NCBI GenBank assembly: GCA_051382335.1
Contig: JBBCAX010000147.1
Coordinates: 1-37,240 of the forward strand
Origin: Deltaproteobacteria bacterium TL4
GTDB lineage: Bacteria; SAR324; NAC60-12
Direction of reading: 5' to 3'
Length of the DNA: 37,240 nucleotides
Position 1 is the stretch's first letter, and every line of letters starts with the position of its first letter. The notes under the pieces are model-generated. The model had not been told where the DNA came from. It worked only from the letters and a program-made list of their open reading frames with translations, and ran no database searches. Positions 36,871 through 37,240 of the stretch are shown here, piece by piece. The translations under genes and the position numbers were made by a program.

Positions 36871-37104
36871 ATTTTCTCGTCTATAGACGTTCATTAAAAT
36901 AAGTTCGTTGTTGATCAATTCCCGGCAGCCCTGTGTTTCGTCCGAAGGCGTTGATTTCTCTGGAGGGAACCCGAGCCTGTCTTTAATTTGATGATCCATA
37001 ACTGCCTTATGGCGAAAACAAAAATATTATCATCACGAAGGCAACAAACCAGATTATAGGGAAAGTGGGAAAGAAAACACTAAAAAACTACTGTTATTAA
37101 AAGA

Positions 37105-37240
37105 CTGGACTTTGAACATTTGATTCATGGTTTTAGTTTTAATTATTCAATAATATCAGTGGTTTTATTTTATGAATGAATTAATGCAAGGTTATTATTT
37201 CCCGTTTTTCAGGCCAAACCTATCATTAATTCTAATACGA
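37105..37240. mobile_element. Second copy (left part) of the 194-bp MITE or of its parent IS, cut by the window end
   Basis: Identical by eye to 20286-20421. Confidence 0.85.

Overview
Bacterial chromosomal window of moderate GC; gene content suggests a deltaproteobacterial/SAR324-like organism (inference only). Both ends appear to break inside repeated mobile DNA. Core content: a CPA2 antiporter with an RCK_C domain plus an SLC12/CCC-like transporter, two outer-membrane proteins, several orphan membrane proteins, an alpha/beta hydrolase, a DUF4340 protein, thioredoxin, glgB-glgP, a dksA-like gene heading fliR-flhB-flhA-flhF-flhG-fliA, a REC-PAS-LuxR regulator, moaB, a crotonase, kdsA, an Fe-S flavoprotein, CIRCE-controlled hsp20 and darP/yjgA. 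The intergenic DNA is rich. (i) A nest of an IS end, a 185-bp MITE and REP hairpins at 1-371. (ii) A pile-up at 12.67-14.57 kb: REP hairpin, group II intron 5' fragment, REP array, and a decayed transposase fused by deletion to a rhodanese remnant. (iii) A 194-bp MITE that duplicated a -10-like motif upstream of dksA/fliR. (iv) An unannotated minus-strand unit 1.7 kb downstream of fliA: sigma28-type promoter, 34-codon ORF and a terminator with a C-rich anti-SD-like loop. Unit (iv) is the best candidate for an undescribed regulatory system.
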